NCBI RefSeq assembly: GCF_964204865.1
Contig: NC_135251.1
Span: forward strand, 14,942,001-15,006,000
Source: Styela clava
Taxonomy: Eukaryota
Direction of reading: 5' to 3'
Length of the DNA stretch: 64,000 nucleotides
Shown here piece by piece: positions 28,073-41,069 of the stretch. Every line of letters begins with the position of its first letter. Position 1 is the first letter of the stretch. The notes below the pieces were generated by a model. The model saw only the letters and a program-made list of their open reading frames with translations, did no database searches and was not told where the DNA came from. Made by a program: the position numbers and the translations under genes.

Positions 28073-28390
28073 TAGGATAGGATTTACATATTTATCCCAT
28101 GGGAGAGGAAAGCCGATAAGACGGCTTATCCATATGGCGAACCACGGCCTCTCGTCCGGTTACCATTCCAAGTCGGGTATGGGATTAGTTATATTGTTTG
28201 TTTTCGGAAGCATGGACTTGGTGGTGGAGGAAGCCGTAACCGACCAGCGGTTACGTGAACCACCCAACGACGGCGAGGAGTCCAGCAATCCTCTCGCACA
28301 TAACCATCCCTGCATGGGATTCGAACCTGCGAACCCACGCAGAGTAAATAAAGGTGCGGTGGCGAGCGTATTCCTATCGTTTCGACCCGC
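28073..28390 (-). mobile_element. tRNA-derived SINE, near full length
   Basis: Pol III B box GGTTCGAATCCC on the minus strand (~28316-28327), tRNA-like head, ATCCT tail; two more copies in the window. Confidence 0.85.
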
Positions 28391-30209
28391 ACAGTTTGCT
28401 GAAGCTTTCATTGTTCTGCATTCAAAAGTCATTGCCCGATTTTATTACGTTCTTTAACTGTTTTTGGTGGACGGGCGCGTACCTGTACGTCTTTTAACTT
28501 TGTTTTTAAGTTATGCCTGTCCTCGGCATTTTTATCGTCCGTTGTTTATTGTATTTTTCTTTTGTTGCATAGATACCAAAATAAAATTGATTAATGGAAG
28601 CATAAATATGTTCCGACTCGTTACGGGCATCTCCACTGCCACTTTTGAAGATTTTTTACAAAATAGTTAAGACAAGAAGAAATTTTCCATTGCATAGGCC
28701 TATGTATATGTCAAAATGTTGCTACAAACTGAGCCCGATTTTGTATTTTACTTTAGTTGAAAATTTAAATAGACCTTCCTCTTACTGTCTATATGCTTCG
28801 CCTTGACTTAGGACAAAGCATACAGTATATAAAATATCGGAGAAATTCCGATTAACGAATTTATTACGCTAGTATATAGAATATTTGATAATGTGGCTCG
28901 GTCCAAAGCCTTTAGCCTGTTATTTTTCTGGAAGCATAGACCTTGATTTTATGAAAAACTGTAGCCAATGTAAACAATCCTGCAAAGTCAAAGCTTCCAG
29001 CAATACTTTCGCACCGCATTTACCCACACGTAATTCCAATGTTCGTGGCGAGAAAGCTTCCTTCTCAGCAGACAGATTTGTATTGAATCATATGATGAAA
29101 ATATCTGCTTCATTATTATATTAAAGTCCTACACAATGGCAACTACCGAAAGTCTGTTGCCGCAAAGTAGAATAATCCCCAAAATATTATATACTGTATA
29201 TTTCAACAAGAATCGTTTATTGCAAAACACCATTGTCGCAGAAGTTTTATTCTGTATACTGGCAATTACTGATATATATATATATCTTATATTTCTACGT
29301 GCTACTATTTGTAGTTGAACCGCTAAATATATCGCAAAACTGCTATTTTATACTTAAAATTTAAAGACAATCTTAAAATACACACGTGTAGAAGAAAAAC
29401 AAAAATAGGAAAAAAGAAAACGGAGATTAAAAGGCAATTAAAACAAAAAGTTGTGTCATAACACACCAATATTATATGTGTGAGTCTAAACATTCATAAA
29501 ACGCTCTGAAGTATATTGGAAAATAAAAACGACCCACACAATTTTCATTCCTACATTTTATTATTCTGGGCTGTTATTTGATTCTATGGAAGAGGGACGG
29601 GCGACATTGGATGACTTCCCCGACAATATTACCCGTAGTGAATACAGTCCAAAAAAGAAAAAATGGCCGATAATGCATCCTAACGTACATGCAGCAACTC
29701 CTATACCAGCAGCTAAGCCGGGATTATTCGCCCAATCGAGAATCGAATAAACAGCTGATGTGACCCCAGCGAAATGGAAAATTAACGTTGCTGAGACGTA
29801 GGCGACAGCAAAAGTAAATGGATACACTACGTGGAAAAGTCGCATTGGAAACGCTACTACAAATAATCAATTACACTTAATACTACGTTTATGCCATGGG
29901 TATGGTAACTAAATGTAATAGGAGGATTACTTGAAATGCGGTCCAATACAAAACGGTGACGATATTAAAAGTTTGCGTCGCTGAATGAAAGACCCACATA
30001 AAATCCCGTAGAGCTTTCGTTGATCATGTAGAAACAAACGCAGTCATATCAAATATCTGATTTGTTAAGATTTATTGTTTACAGTAGCAATAATCTCAAC
30101 AGGTTTATTTGCCCAATGAAAAAATAGATCCGGAATGAATTTAATAAAAGGTTAAAACTGAAGTTCCAGTAGCACTGATGTGTAACTCAAATGCAACAAT
30201 GGTTTAAAC

Positions 30210-32234
30210 CAGCAATGGCTAACCTGCGGTTCGCGAGCCGCACGCGGCCCTTGCTCCGGTTCCATGCGGCTCTTTTCGTCTTGGTTATTTTAAGAAAAAA
30301 TAACTTGCAAACTACGATCCATCATGTTTCGATTGAATATATTATGATTCATCGTGAATTCTTTTTTTAAGCAGAAGACACACGAGCGCCTTCATTCGCT
30401 TACTATGCAATTGTCCAGTATTACGTCACAATTACATACCTTGTTGTGCAACGACTGCACTACAACGACTGTCGAAAACGAAGTTCGGCGGAAACGCGCA
30501 ATTCACTATTTGAGTACGCCGTCGACGGATCCATTTAATTCTGTGACGGATTGTTTGATACTCCATCTAGTCTCAGGTGAGGCTGCAACCGAGTTGATGA
30601 TGATATTAATTTATTAGAAAGACCAAATGAAATGCGATTAAAGGGAAAGAATCTATTGAGTTATGGAAAAGCATAACAATGGAAAAATACCCCAATACCA
30701 AACGAGCAGCGTATAGGATATTGTCAATGTTTGGGTCAGCATACGCCTGTGAATCTGTGTTTTACGCTCTAAAACACGTGAAATTAAAGCTTTGATCAGT
30801 TTTGACTGACACCCATGTAAAAGAACTGTTTCGATTGGTTACAACGAGATACAAGCGAGCTTCGAAAAGGATTGTCAATCCAGGGAACGCCAGAAGTCCC
30901 GCTAGGTAGCAAGCAATCAATCAAATCGTTTCTTATTAGACGTCTAGCTCCAGGCAAACGGGCACAAAAAAAATTTAAAATATATACATGCATTTGCCCA
31001 GAATTGACAGGATGGCCGCGAAATGACTATTCGGTCTACTTGTTAACGGCTACCGTTCAATAGCTGTATTAAATAAAATTTGGGAATCGAACACAAGTGA
31101 ATGCTTTTAGCAATGCTGTGGCCCCTCTATATTACTTTGATGCAATGCTGTTCTAGCAGTTAGACGTTTTCGAAGGAGAATTCAGAGAGGAAGTTGAGTA
31201 TTATAACATGTACTTATAATAAATTTAACTGTAGTTCAATAAAGAAATACTCATACTGATATCTGAGTAGGAAAAAAAACATTTCATAAGTGTAAAGATA
31301 TATCAAATAAATAGAATCATAATCATGTCCATGAGACACTGAAATCATAAAAATACAGAAGCATGAAATAGGGGTAAAGTAATACATGTTTATGAAGAGA
31401 ATAAGAAATTGCGTAACTGTTTTTTAAAATTGGGATATGTCAAGTCTTTAATAATGCTGGAAGGTAGATTATTTCCAATCTTTACACCAGTGTATCTAAG
31501 GGTGTCCTGGGCCCGCTTTGATTGACATCTAGGGACAAAAAGGGACCCTTGGGATAATGATCGAGTGTGATGGCTATGTATAAAATACTGAGCTCTGAGC
31601 TGTGAAATAAAAATAGAGGGGTACAACAGTACGAGGTGTAGAACTGGATGATATTCTTACAGTTTCGTTTTGCAAAACTTCTATTCTTCTAGACAATTTG
31701 CTGATAATTGAGTATCCTCACGCAACAAGACCATACTTAAATTAAGTTTGAAAGAGGGAAAAGTATATCATGGGCAGAACTTGTGTGAGAAGAAGCTTGC
31801 AAACTTTACCCAAAATACTAACAGCCCGTGATAATTTTCCAAGCACATCTGTCATATGTTTAGTCCAATTTAGGTTTTCGTCAATATATATTCCTAGGTA
31901 TTTATAAAAGTCTACTTTTTCAAGAGACTGATTGTCAATTGTAATTTGGAAAGCTGTAAATTTCGATTTTTTGTTTCTAGGAATTAGGTGAAATTTTGAC
32001 TTAATTTTGACAATGTTAATCGACAATCTATTACTAGCCATCCCATCCAGTTAACAATTAATGGCTAGTAAATTTCTTTCACAATCATGTTCGTTTGTGA
32101 CATTTACAATAAACTAGCATTCTAGTAGAGCGGAATAAAGGTATATCTGATGTTCATGTGTGTTCTTGTTTATAATGTGGCTCGCGTAATGGTATGAAAT
32201 GCAGCTCTTGGCTCCGCCTAATTGGCCACCCCTG
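30210..32234 (+). mobile_element. Internally deleted hAT (Charlie/GTF2IRD2-type) element in intron 2 of the pseudogene
   Basis: Ends CAGCAATGGCTAAC / ATTGGCCACCCCTG; TSD-like GTTTAAAC / GTTTAAAT; empty site in the paralog at ~45470. hAT dimerization-domain remnant LWKSITMEKYPNTKRAAYRILSMFGSAYACESVF at ~30660-30850. Confidence 0.85.
31390..32045 (-). mobile_element. 5'-truncated non-LTR retrotransposon (L2/Crack/Daphne-like ORF2 C-terminus) nested in the hAT element
   Basis: ORF fragments NRLSINIVK..LEKVDFYKYLGIYIDENLNWTKH and HSHHTR..LRYTGVKIGNNLP..FKKQLRNFL. Confidence 0.8.
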
Positions 32235-35200
32235 TTTAAATGAATGAAAACAAAAGCGTTAAAACTTACGTTTTTTAATAGTCGTTCCGTTTTTCTGGTC
32301 AATAAGTCCAACCGTGGCGAGTGCTAGGGATAAAGTGAAGTATATTGTACTAAACGTAAATGCCCACGTAGTGAGGAATAGATACGATGCCGTCAGCCTC
32401 GTTGGATCATATAGACCATAATCAATGTGGTACGCCATCCACCAGCCGAACGGCTGTTGTTCAACTGTATTTAGTATTTAATTATCATTTTGAGGATATA
32501 AATATTGTTCATATACTACAAGCAACCTTCAAAGATTAAATCATACGCGACCCAAAATCGATTTACTTTTAATGGCAAATTCTACTCTAGAATTAGCTGT
32601 AAAGTTGAAATACCACAACTCACTCTCAAAACTTTTGACTTCGACTCGGCTCTTCCAGAAGTAGTAAGCTATTATTCCGACCTCTAGTTCAAAACAATTG
32701 GGAGATTGAATTTGAAACACTCATCCCATCTCCGATATCAAAAAATTCATTTTCTAATTTAAATAACGACCCCGAATCTACAGTTCTGATTCAAACCTAT
32801 TTATAGAGTCTAGTCTAGTCTGGTGTATATATATATATACATTAAATACAACATACCTCAGTCCTATAAAACAAGTCGTTCTCACTTTCGGACATATAAA
32901 AACCAAAGTTACGGAGTTTAAACTGCGAAGAGCAGGTAGGCCTATGCATTATTACGCTTTCTTTCGTGTACACACGTATTATATACAGTTTACTGTATTA
33001 TTTACAGTTTTAACAAAAAAGCAAGATACTATCACCAATTAGGTCTACTGTACTTCAGAAACAAGAGAGGGATGCTCGAAGATGTGGGCATAAAGGTCAA
33101 AACGGAGTAGTACGGGTATGCAGCCTGTCACAGAAGACTAATGGTACCGCACTGTTCACGGCCTCGTCTGCCCATCAAGCACGAGTTCGCAAAATCAAGA
33201 CGGGAGACATTTCCTACGATATCATAAAGGCATTCCATAGAACAATGTGAAATTTACACAACTTTAACTTCATTTTGATTTACAATACGGTAAATAGTCT
33301 ACAGTGCGTGTGAGGTCAGTCCATAAACAAGTGGAACTACAAGAGGAAAATTCCAGATGTTCATACATGTTGCAATTGTCTGTCGCTGGACAAGTCTAAT
33401 CTTGCCTCGCTCTTATATGACTCGCTGCCGCGTTTTAACGGCAGTCATTGTTTATTCTTTGTAAGGATAGCTGTTTTATGTGTTATATTAGTCACGTTAA
33501 CATCTTATTGTTGGGATAATAAATTGCCCGTTTTTCAGTCCTATGTTTTTGAGACATCTGACTGCTGTAACTTTTATTGTAGAATTTGGACGTAATCTAG
33601 AATAGTCTATAAATTTATTGATGTTCTGAATCCTGAACTGAAATTGAAGAATATTTCTGTTTTTTTCTGAAGTTTATTTTGTTATTGCCTGTATTGGTTC
33701 GGGATCAATTTGTGATTAACATTACTTGTGATAACCTGAATATTAATTAGTTTAATTAGTAATTTGAGTAAGCAAGTGCTTTTAATGCATCGCTGTTGTT
33801 TTCCATGATTTATATTTGCATATTTTTATTAAAATTCAGAAAACCTCGTTAACCTCTCGGCCAAACCTCGTGAACCTGCTGGACATTGTTAAGATCCCAT
33901 GCAAACAACGTGAACTGTCTCTCAGGATTTTATTGTGACATATAAATGTCACTGTACAACATTATTGATATTTGTCGCATCGAAGGACACACTGAGGACT
34001 GGGTGTTTTCGAATAGTTTTCCAAGAATCAAAGAACCGAACCGGTACCGAAAAAGCATCCGACTTGTCGCGCGATTTCACTAAATCAAAACGGGAGACCG
34101 CCGCCGCGCCTGGCGGATTAAAATCTATGTTTCCATGAATAAATACGAAATTTCAATTCTTATAGGATTCATAGAAAATTTGAGAAATAAACAAAAATAA
34201 CATCCTTTAATCGACAACAACGATCATTAACCACTGAAGCAATTAGTCCATCAGTTAAACAGGAAAGCGAATTTTTAATAGAAGAGAAATACTACAAGGA
34301 ACTGAAAAAAAGGAACTGAAAAAAAAGAGACGACAACAACATAATAACAAAACAATCTATATGTATACATTGTGTCCAATAACTTCCAAATACGATAGTG
34401 CCAGAGTTTCTTCAACAAACGGTTGTAAAATCAGCTGAGAGAAAGGGTTGCTCACTTAATTACAATTTTAAACATGTCATATGCGCTGACTTTTGGTTGC
34501 TTTGTTTCATGTAGTGAAGAATCATTCAATACTCGCATTGTATTTTGTCGTATGTTGGTGCTATGATGATTGAAAGTGTTCATTTTGATACAAATGCATG
34601 GACATGGCTACAAAATCACAAGAAAACTGTAATATAAAGTGCAAAAAGTAAATATACATTTAGCAAATACAAATATAAAAAAAATATACTGAACGCTTAT
34701 ATATTCGATTTTCATAAATTAATTTCACAATGTGCTGCAATCGCAATGTCTCATTACAGTTTTAAATAGTTTCTTGTAGAATAATTTGAACTAAGGACAA
34801 AGGATTGTTGGAGGATTTACATTTACCAAAATGTAAAACAATGAAATACAATTGGGCAATTATCTATATGATATAAAGAAACAAAGGTTCGTATCCTTAT
34901 TATTCCATCTCAACGTAAAGAGTGGCATCTTCAATAAAATACTCTAATATTCTACTGAAAATAGTAACTTTGTCGATTTTGTGCTAAGAAAATGTTTTTG
35001 TGGAAAATGAGGGGTAATATATAGTCTACATCAGGGGTGCACAACTCAAATGAGGACAGGTGCCAAATTTTTCCAAATATTCTTGTCGCGTGCCACGCAC
35101 AATCGTTGGTATGACCCTTTTCCCGACCTTTGACCCCGTGAAATCTTCCTATACTTTACCTTTGCAAATTTTTCGGTGCTTATTTTAAGAGTGGTTACGC

Positions 35201-35327
35201 GAGTTGGAGCCTGTAAAATGGGATATTTGTTTCAAGCCATCATTCTGATTCATAGCATTCAACAATCTGTTTTTTTAAAAATACCGGTAAAGAATTTTAG
35301 CTTAGTCTATCACAACTATATCTACAT

Positions 35328-38300
35328 CAGTGTTCACTATTAGCGCACTTTTTTGCGAAAATTGCGAAACACTTTCGCAACTTTTTTTAGGGACTGCGAA
35401 ATAGCACTTTTTTCCGATTTTGAAGAGAAAAAGCACTTTTTTCCGATTTTGAATGGAATAAAAATTCAAAGTTAACAAATCCTTTCGAGTATTAAGTTGA
35501 CAAATAAGTAACATACTAGTACTTTTGCAACTCAATTCTGCATATCATAACGATATTTATCGGAATTCTAACCTATGAGATGCAGACAAAGGAGATAAAG
35601 CTTTTGCATTAACGGCAAAATTCTTGTTTATAATATGATTATTATACAAGCACACCGATTCCGCTTCTCCCGCAAAAAACGCTCCCCGGTGTTTGAAACC
35701 AGATGTTGGAATACTAGGCAGTGCGTTTCTTTGAAGGTCATGTGACTATCAATGATATCGATGAATTCAAAATGAATATAAAAGTGTTAGTAACGTGTTA
35801 TAGTCACTTTGGATGAATTGTGACCAAACTGCACGATTTTCAAATCAGACGAAACTTTTAGCAGCATGTCACAGATTTGCAAAATCACCAAATTCACAAA
35901 ATACCATTAAGTGCCATTTTGTTGTAATCACAATGTTGAAAGGACGTGGCATTTTCCGGAATTTTGCGATATTTACACAACTATTCCTCATTGATATGCG
36001 AGGACAGGTGGGCAAAATTCAATATTTTTTTGAATCGAATATTTTTAAGGAGTACCGAATAAACGTGGTGGAAACATTAAAAAATCGGCAATAAAGCCTT
36101 TTTACTGGTTAATTCCGTTGTAATGGCTAATTGTTCTTGTCACCGATCGTTTTGGCGGCGATATCCAGGTTTTGGGTAATCTATATTCCCGCCCTCTCCT
36201 TTTTACAAATATGAATTCTTGTGGGTCGGCGGTCATCAAAGTTTTATATTTCGGGTTTACCCGTTCGTTCACATCGGCAACAGCTGTTGAAGACATTGAG
36301 GACTCAAATTAACATTTGCGTTGGCTTTAATATTACCTATCAAGATTTGTAAATTTACCGTCCCAATTTTATGGGAATGATAATATTATTGTCCATACCG
36401 TGATGCAGATATTTATTAAGACGATAATTAACTTTGTCATGTATTTCTATGGTGATAAACTTCGCAAACCTGAAATTGTGCCAATCCTGAATGTTGATTT
36501 AAAATAGTGATTGAATAATTCGGCAATAAAGGCATTTCTGCGTGGTCATAAGACGAGATGGCGTTAATGAACAGCACTTCTTTTACAGGATATTTTACGT
36601 ATGCGACTTAATGCTAAAAAGATTGGGCTCGAGTGCTTTTTTTTTCGAGTGCTCGAGTGCCTAATAGAGGTCAGGCGCTAATTGTAACTAATTCCCTCAA
36701 GTTTCAACGTGTTTTCAACAAAACAATACCCCGGCGATAATTATAGCTAAAATGTTACCTGAGCAATCCACAATTTTATTTATGGAATTTGCAAATTCAC
36801 CAGTTTCTTGACGATTTTGATATTGTCATGCCCTAAGTATTAGTGCAAAAAATACTCCCATTCTTCCGCGGCGGTTTGACGGGTTCTTTATTCTATTCTT
36901 CAGAAAGTTCTGACACGGGGATATAGAATACTGAATCCGGAGGGTTGAATCCCTGTCCACTTACTGGTGATTTTCCGTTTTGAAATGCGTAAAACATTCT
37001 TTATTTTAAATTAAATGACGTTTCGCGGGCTAGAGTTCTCCCCGAAAATGATGTGTTCCAGACGTTAGTTAGACGATAGATAAAACATTAGATTATTAAT
37101 TTTCGTGACGCCCCGTTTTCGAAAATACAAAGTTATATCGCAAAAAAGCGTTATGATACATTTGGAATGAAACATTATTTACCGTTAATTCAGATCATAT
37201 TTTACTCTTCATGACACCCGGTATCCGAAAATACAGTTGTATCTCGAAAAATGTGTTTTGTTACATTTAAAATAAAACATTTTTGCGATTAATTTAGATC
37301 ATATTTTACTTTTCAGGACACCCGTTTTCGAAAATACAAGGTTATATCGCAAAATGTGTTTTGTTACATTTAAAATAAAACATTTTTGCGATTAATTTAG
37401 ATCAAATTTTTCCTTTCACGGCAACCCGTTTCCGAAAATACAAAGTTATATCACAAAAAATGCGTTTTGTTACATTTAAGGTCGTCCCCTAATTAAGGTC
37501 GTCAATGAATCTGTTCCTGTCGTTCAAGCTCGACACACGTTTGGACGAGTGTGGGGGCGGTTTTTTACGATTTTATTATACGATATATTACGATTAAGAT
37601 TTTATGATAGAAGTGAATTTGTCTCAAGATGGTATTTTACGATTCCTGCCCACAGAAAATAAACACGCTGACAGGCTTGGTTATAATTGATATTCGTTAA
37701 ATTTTTTTTTACACTATTAATAAACGCACCACACCAATTGCGACCATATAAATTGCAGTCGCATCGGTATGGACTGTATGTTTTTGGCGCTCTCACATTA
37801 ATAATAATTTTCAACAAAACAATACCCTGACGGTCATTAAAGCTGAATTCGTTACCGAATAATTCACAATTTTATTTACGGAATTTGCAATTTCAAGATC
37901 TCACTTGACGATTTTGATGATGTCATGCCCTAATTATTTCTGCTTAAATGCCCCAAAATACAACAAATGTAATCATTTTCGACGATAACAGGCGCAACAA
38001 TTCGTAAACGAGCCGTTATAACGAAATTCGCGATTGATTTTACCTCTCTCTTGTTTACAATTTTAACATCCCGCCGGCCATGTATGGTCGAATAAAATGT
38101 TCACATATTCGAAACATGACTTGGCCAAGGATGGAAGGGATCACTAAAGAGCTAATAGAAAGTACATACGCGAGGGTATGATATTAATATCGAGAATATT
38201 TGTGAGCATATCACAGGACTGAAATATTTTGCACCCGGCTGTTTGTTTGTTGGCAGAACAACGATACGCTAATGTTAATTGATCGAATACAGGGAAGTAT

Positions 38301-40012
38301 TTATTTATCATCTCACTTGCGAACATCGAGGTTTTGGCGGAATTGTACGATCATGTTGTCTTTCTTAAATAATAACTTTTTCAATAAATGTTCATTTTAC
38401 TTTTGCGTCTTTATTATATGTCGGGTTTTCATTTATTTTAAATTCGAAATTGTCCGAAATACTCCCAACAGATGTATAAGTACAATAATATTAGTACTTA
38501 CCAAAGTACTTACCAGGGAAGTTTAATACACACGATGTGTAAAGGGCGTCGTAACTCCCGTTTATTAATTATAAATTATTTTTCATTCTGCCTAAAAATC
38601 AACGACAGCATCTCACGTAACTCTCGCGACCAAATCTCTTTTGTTTTGTATGGCATCGTCTTGGCGATGAATTTATTGCCGACTGAATTTTAATTGTGTT
38701 TTAGGATAAGTTATTTTCTGTTTGTTGGTTTCTAAATTTTACAAACTTGGGTAGCAATTACTATTAATGTGAGATTTGTGCATATGAACGATTGAATATC
38801 GCGACTGGATGTCCGATATCTGAATATGCGTAATTCTCTTTCAACATTAATTTTCAGAATATCAGCGTTCATGTGGTCGAATAAAAATTATTTATCAAAT
38901 GGATTGGTATTTCGAGACACTGTCAAAATTATTTGGGATCCACTATCATATCATTCGTTTATTTTTTTTATTCATGTTTTTCTCAAGAATCACCCTCCTT
39001 ATATTTAGTGTACCTTCGCAAAAGAAAACTCTTTGGTATCATCGTTCCTATTAGTGTAATTGAAATATATGGAAACCTCGCAAGTGGCGTTGTGATGCGA
39101 ATATTTGATACTAGGTCAGCAGCATTACAAAGAGTGCTATTTATGAATGTTGAAAGTACATGACATTACTGAACATTTTGCCAATATATGATGTTTTCTA
39201 CCCGATTTAAACTAACTCGCACGCAAACCAAGGCATGTCGACATTTAAAAATTACTTGTCTTTGGGTAAGCTCTGAAATAGTATAATATAAATGTAAATG
39301 AGGAATTAGGTCACGCTAGCTCACGAAACGGGAGGATTTTCAAAGTGATCTTGTGTAATATTTCGGAGAAAATAGTTTGAAAGGAAAGTAGGTCAACCTA
39401 TCTCCTAAAACAGGGTAGTATCCTGCGTAATATTTCGGAGGGAACGTAGGTTAACCTATCTTTTAAAACAGCGGGTGGCGACTTTCAAAGTGGTTCAAAA
39501 TCAAAAATTAATAATTATCAGATAAGGTTTAGGGATAAATCGAAAAGTTGAATTTCCAGCGCACCTAACCCTAATTAGGCTATTTATATTTGGGGGATTA
39601 TTTTGCACCCTGTAACTAATATGGTTTCCAGCCTGCCTCGTGTCTGTTAGATGGAAGGAGTAACAAATGTGAAAGTCTTTGCTGTTTAGGGAGTAAGCAA
39701 CTGACACCGTGATACATTGCATGAAAGTTTTGTCCGGCGGCAGGTGTTAGCAGATGTTATTTCGTTGCCGATGAATTCGCTTGTTTTGATTAAACATGAA
39801 TTCGCTTAAAGGGAACTCGGTTAACGAAAAGGCTTCTCTATAATTCATAATATTAACCGGAGGAGCGCTTTTTCGAGTATCTATGCCGTTTTAAATGGGT
39901 TATATGAAAGGCTAGGGCACATAACTTGTGAAAATCGGCAAAAGCACTTTCGCACTTTTTTTTTCGACTGCGAAGCACTTTCGCACTCATAATTTGCTTA
40001 GAGTTAACACTG
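35328..40012. mobile_element. Nested non-autonomous hAT element, 4685 bp, with unidentified internal cargo
   Basis: TIRs CAGTGTTCACTATTAGC and (reverse complement) CAGTGTTAACTCTAAGC; perfect TSD ATCTACAT at 35320-35327 and 40013-40020; subterminal GCGAA/CACTTTCGCA repeats at both ends; no transposase ORF. Confidence 0.88.
37107..37479. repeat. Tandem repeat, ~104-bp unit x ~3.6
   Basis: Units begin at ~37107, 37213, 37317 and 37420 (GACACCCGTTTTCGAAAATACAA...TTTAGATCATATTTTAC). Confidence 0.88.
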
Positions 40013-41069
40013 ATCTACATTAATTTTCGATTACCGCAAATAAACCGAAACTCCTAAGAAGACAAAGTGATCATTGAATCATTTGATATATATTTACATA
40101 TCCGAAACTCAACTGAAAACTAACGAATAGAATTCAAAAACGCGAAAACGAGGTAATGTTTACGACCACATCTTAAAATCTGTCGAGCGAAAAAAGTGTC
40201 TGAGCGGAAGCGATATTACGTCACTTTATGCATCTTGCTGATTGGCCAATGTCACGAAGTAAACAAGGAAATCTTCTGATTTCGATATAAACGTGATATT
40301 TTAATGTATATCATAAATATTTTTTTACAAAACCGTTCGCGTGCCACGTTCGGGCGTATGGCGTGCCAAATTTGGCACGCGTGCCCCGTGTTGTGCACCC
40401 CTGGTCTACATGAGCGATAAATATTTTTGTTATGCTCACAAAGGAAACAAGAGAGCAAAACTGAAAATGGATACAAAAGCCATAACGAATTTGTATCAAA
40501 TCTTTTACATTACCAGTAGTCTGACCGCGGAACTGCTAATTTTGGGTGTCGCTGCTCGATAACCAGTTTTGGTTCCTCGCGGCCTCCCTTCCCCTGTTGA
40601 AATGTGTGATTATCTTTTTTCTTCGTATTTTGTGTAAAACTGACTTTTTTACTGGTTGGAAATAATAAAATTGACTTGACATGATGCGCAATTTTAATCA
40701 CGACATCACACAAAACTTCATATTGAAAATCCAGGGCGTTTTAAATTTCCGACAAGGAAATTTCCTTTTGTTTCTCTACCTTCCCTATACCTTTGTTTTG
40801 CTTCTGAACATATTTGCTTTTGTTAATTTATTTTTTGATTGAGGAAAATAAACTCCATTTCTGATCATTCTCTTTCATATGAAATCATGTACCTTCAAAA
40901 GAGATGAACTAAAGACTAGAATAAAAAAGAGGGAAGATATAAATTCCTATAACATACGCAAGGTGAGCAAATTACAAAATTTATAGAAAGTATCGGGTAT
41001 TTCAGAGCTATGATATCATAATATTATCCAAGAAATATATTTGACTGGTAAGATAATGGATTTTGGCGT

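Larger units (their letters stand above)
29561..32949 (-). pseudogene. Rolling-stone-like pseudogene, paralog of 44513-46121
   Basis: Exon 1 (32949-32857) intact. Exon 2 (~32450-32270) has lost its acceptor and 5' end through a ~130-bp deletion. Exon 3 acceptor is mutated CAG>CAT (~30026), with two 1-bp deletions (~29866, ~29932) relative to the intact copy. Confidence 0.85.
35032..40403. mobile_element. hAT MITE (~680 bp when empty) split by a nested 4.7-kb element
   Basis: Perfect 14-bp TIR CAGGGGTGCACAAC; perfect TSD GTCTACAT at 35024-35031 and 40404-40411. Confidence 0.92.

Noticed and set aside
28032-28457. 141-aa ORF with antisense ORFs, and a tRNA-like sequence
   Set aside because: They coincide with a multi-copy SINE. 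The tRNA-like head has a B box, but I could not fold a complete cloverleaf.
37107-37479. Regularly spaced repeats as a possible CRISPR array
   Set aside because: Whole ~104-bp units are homologous; there is no repeat-spacer alternation.
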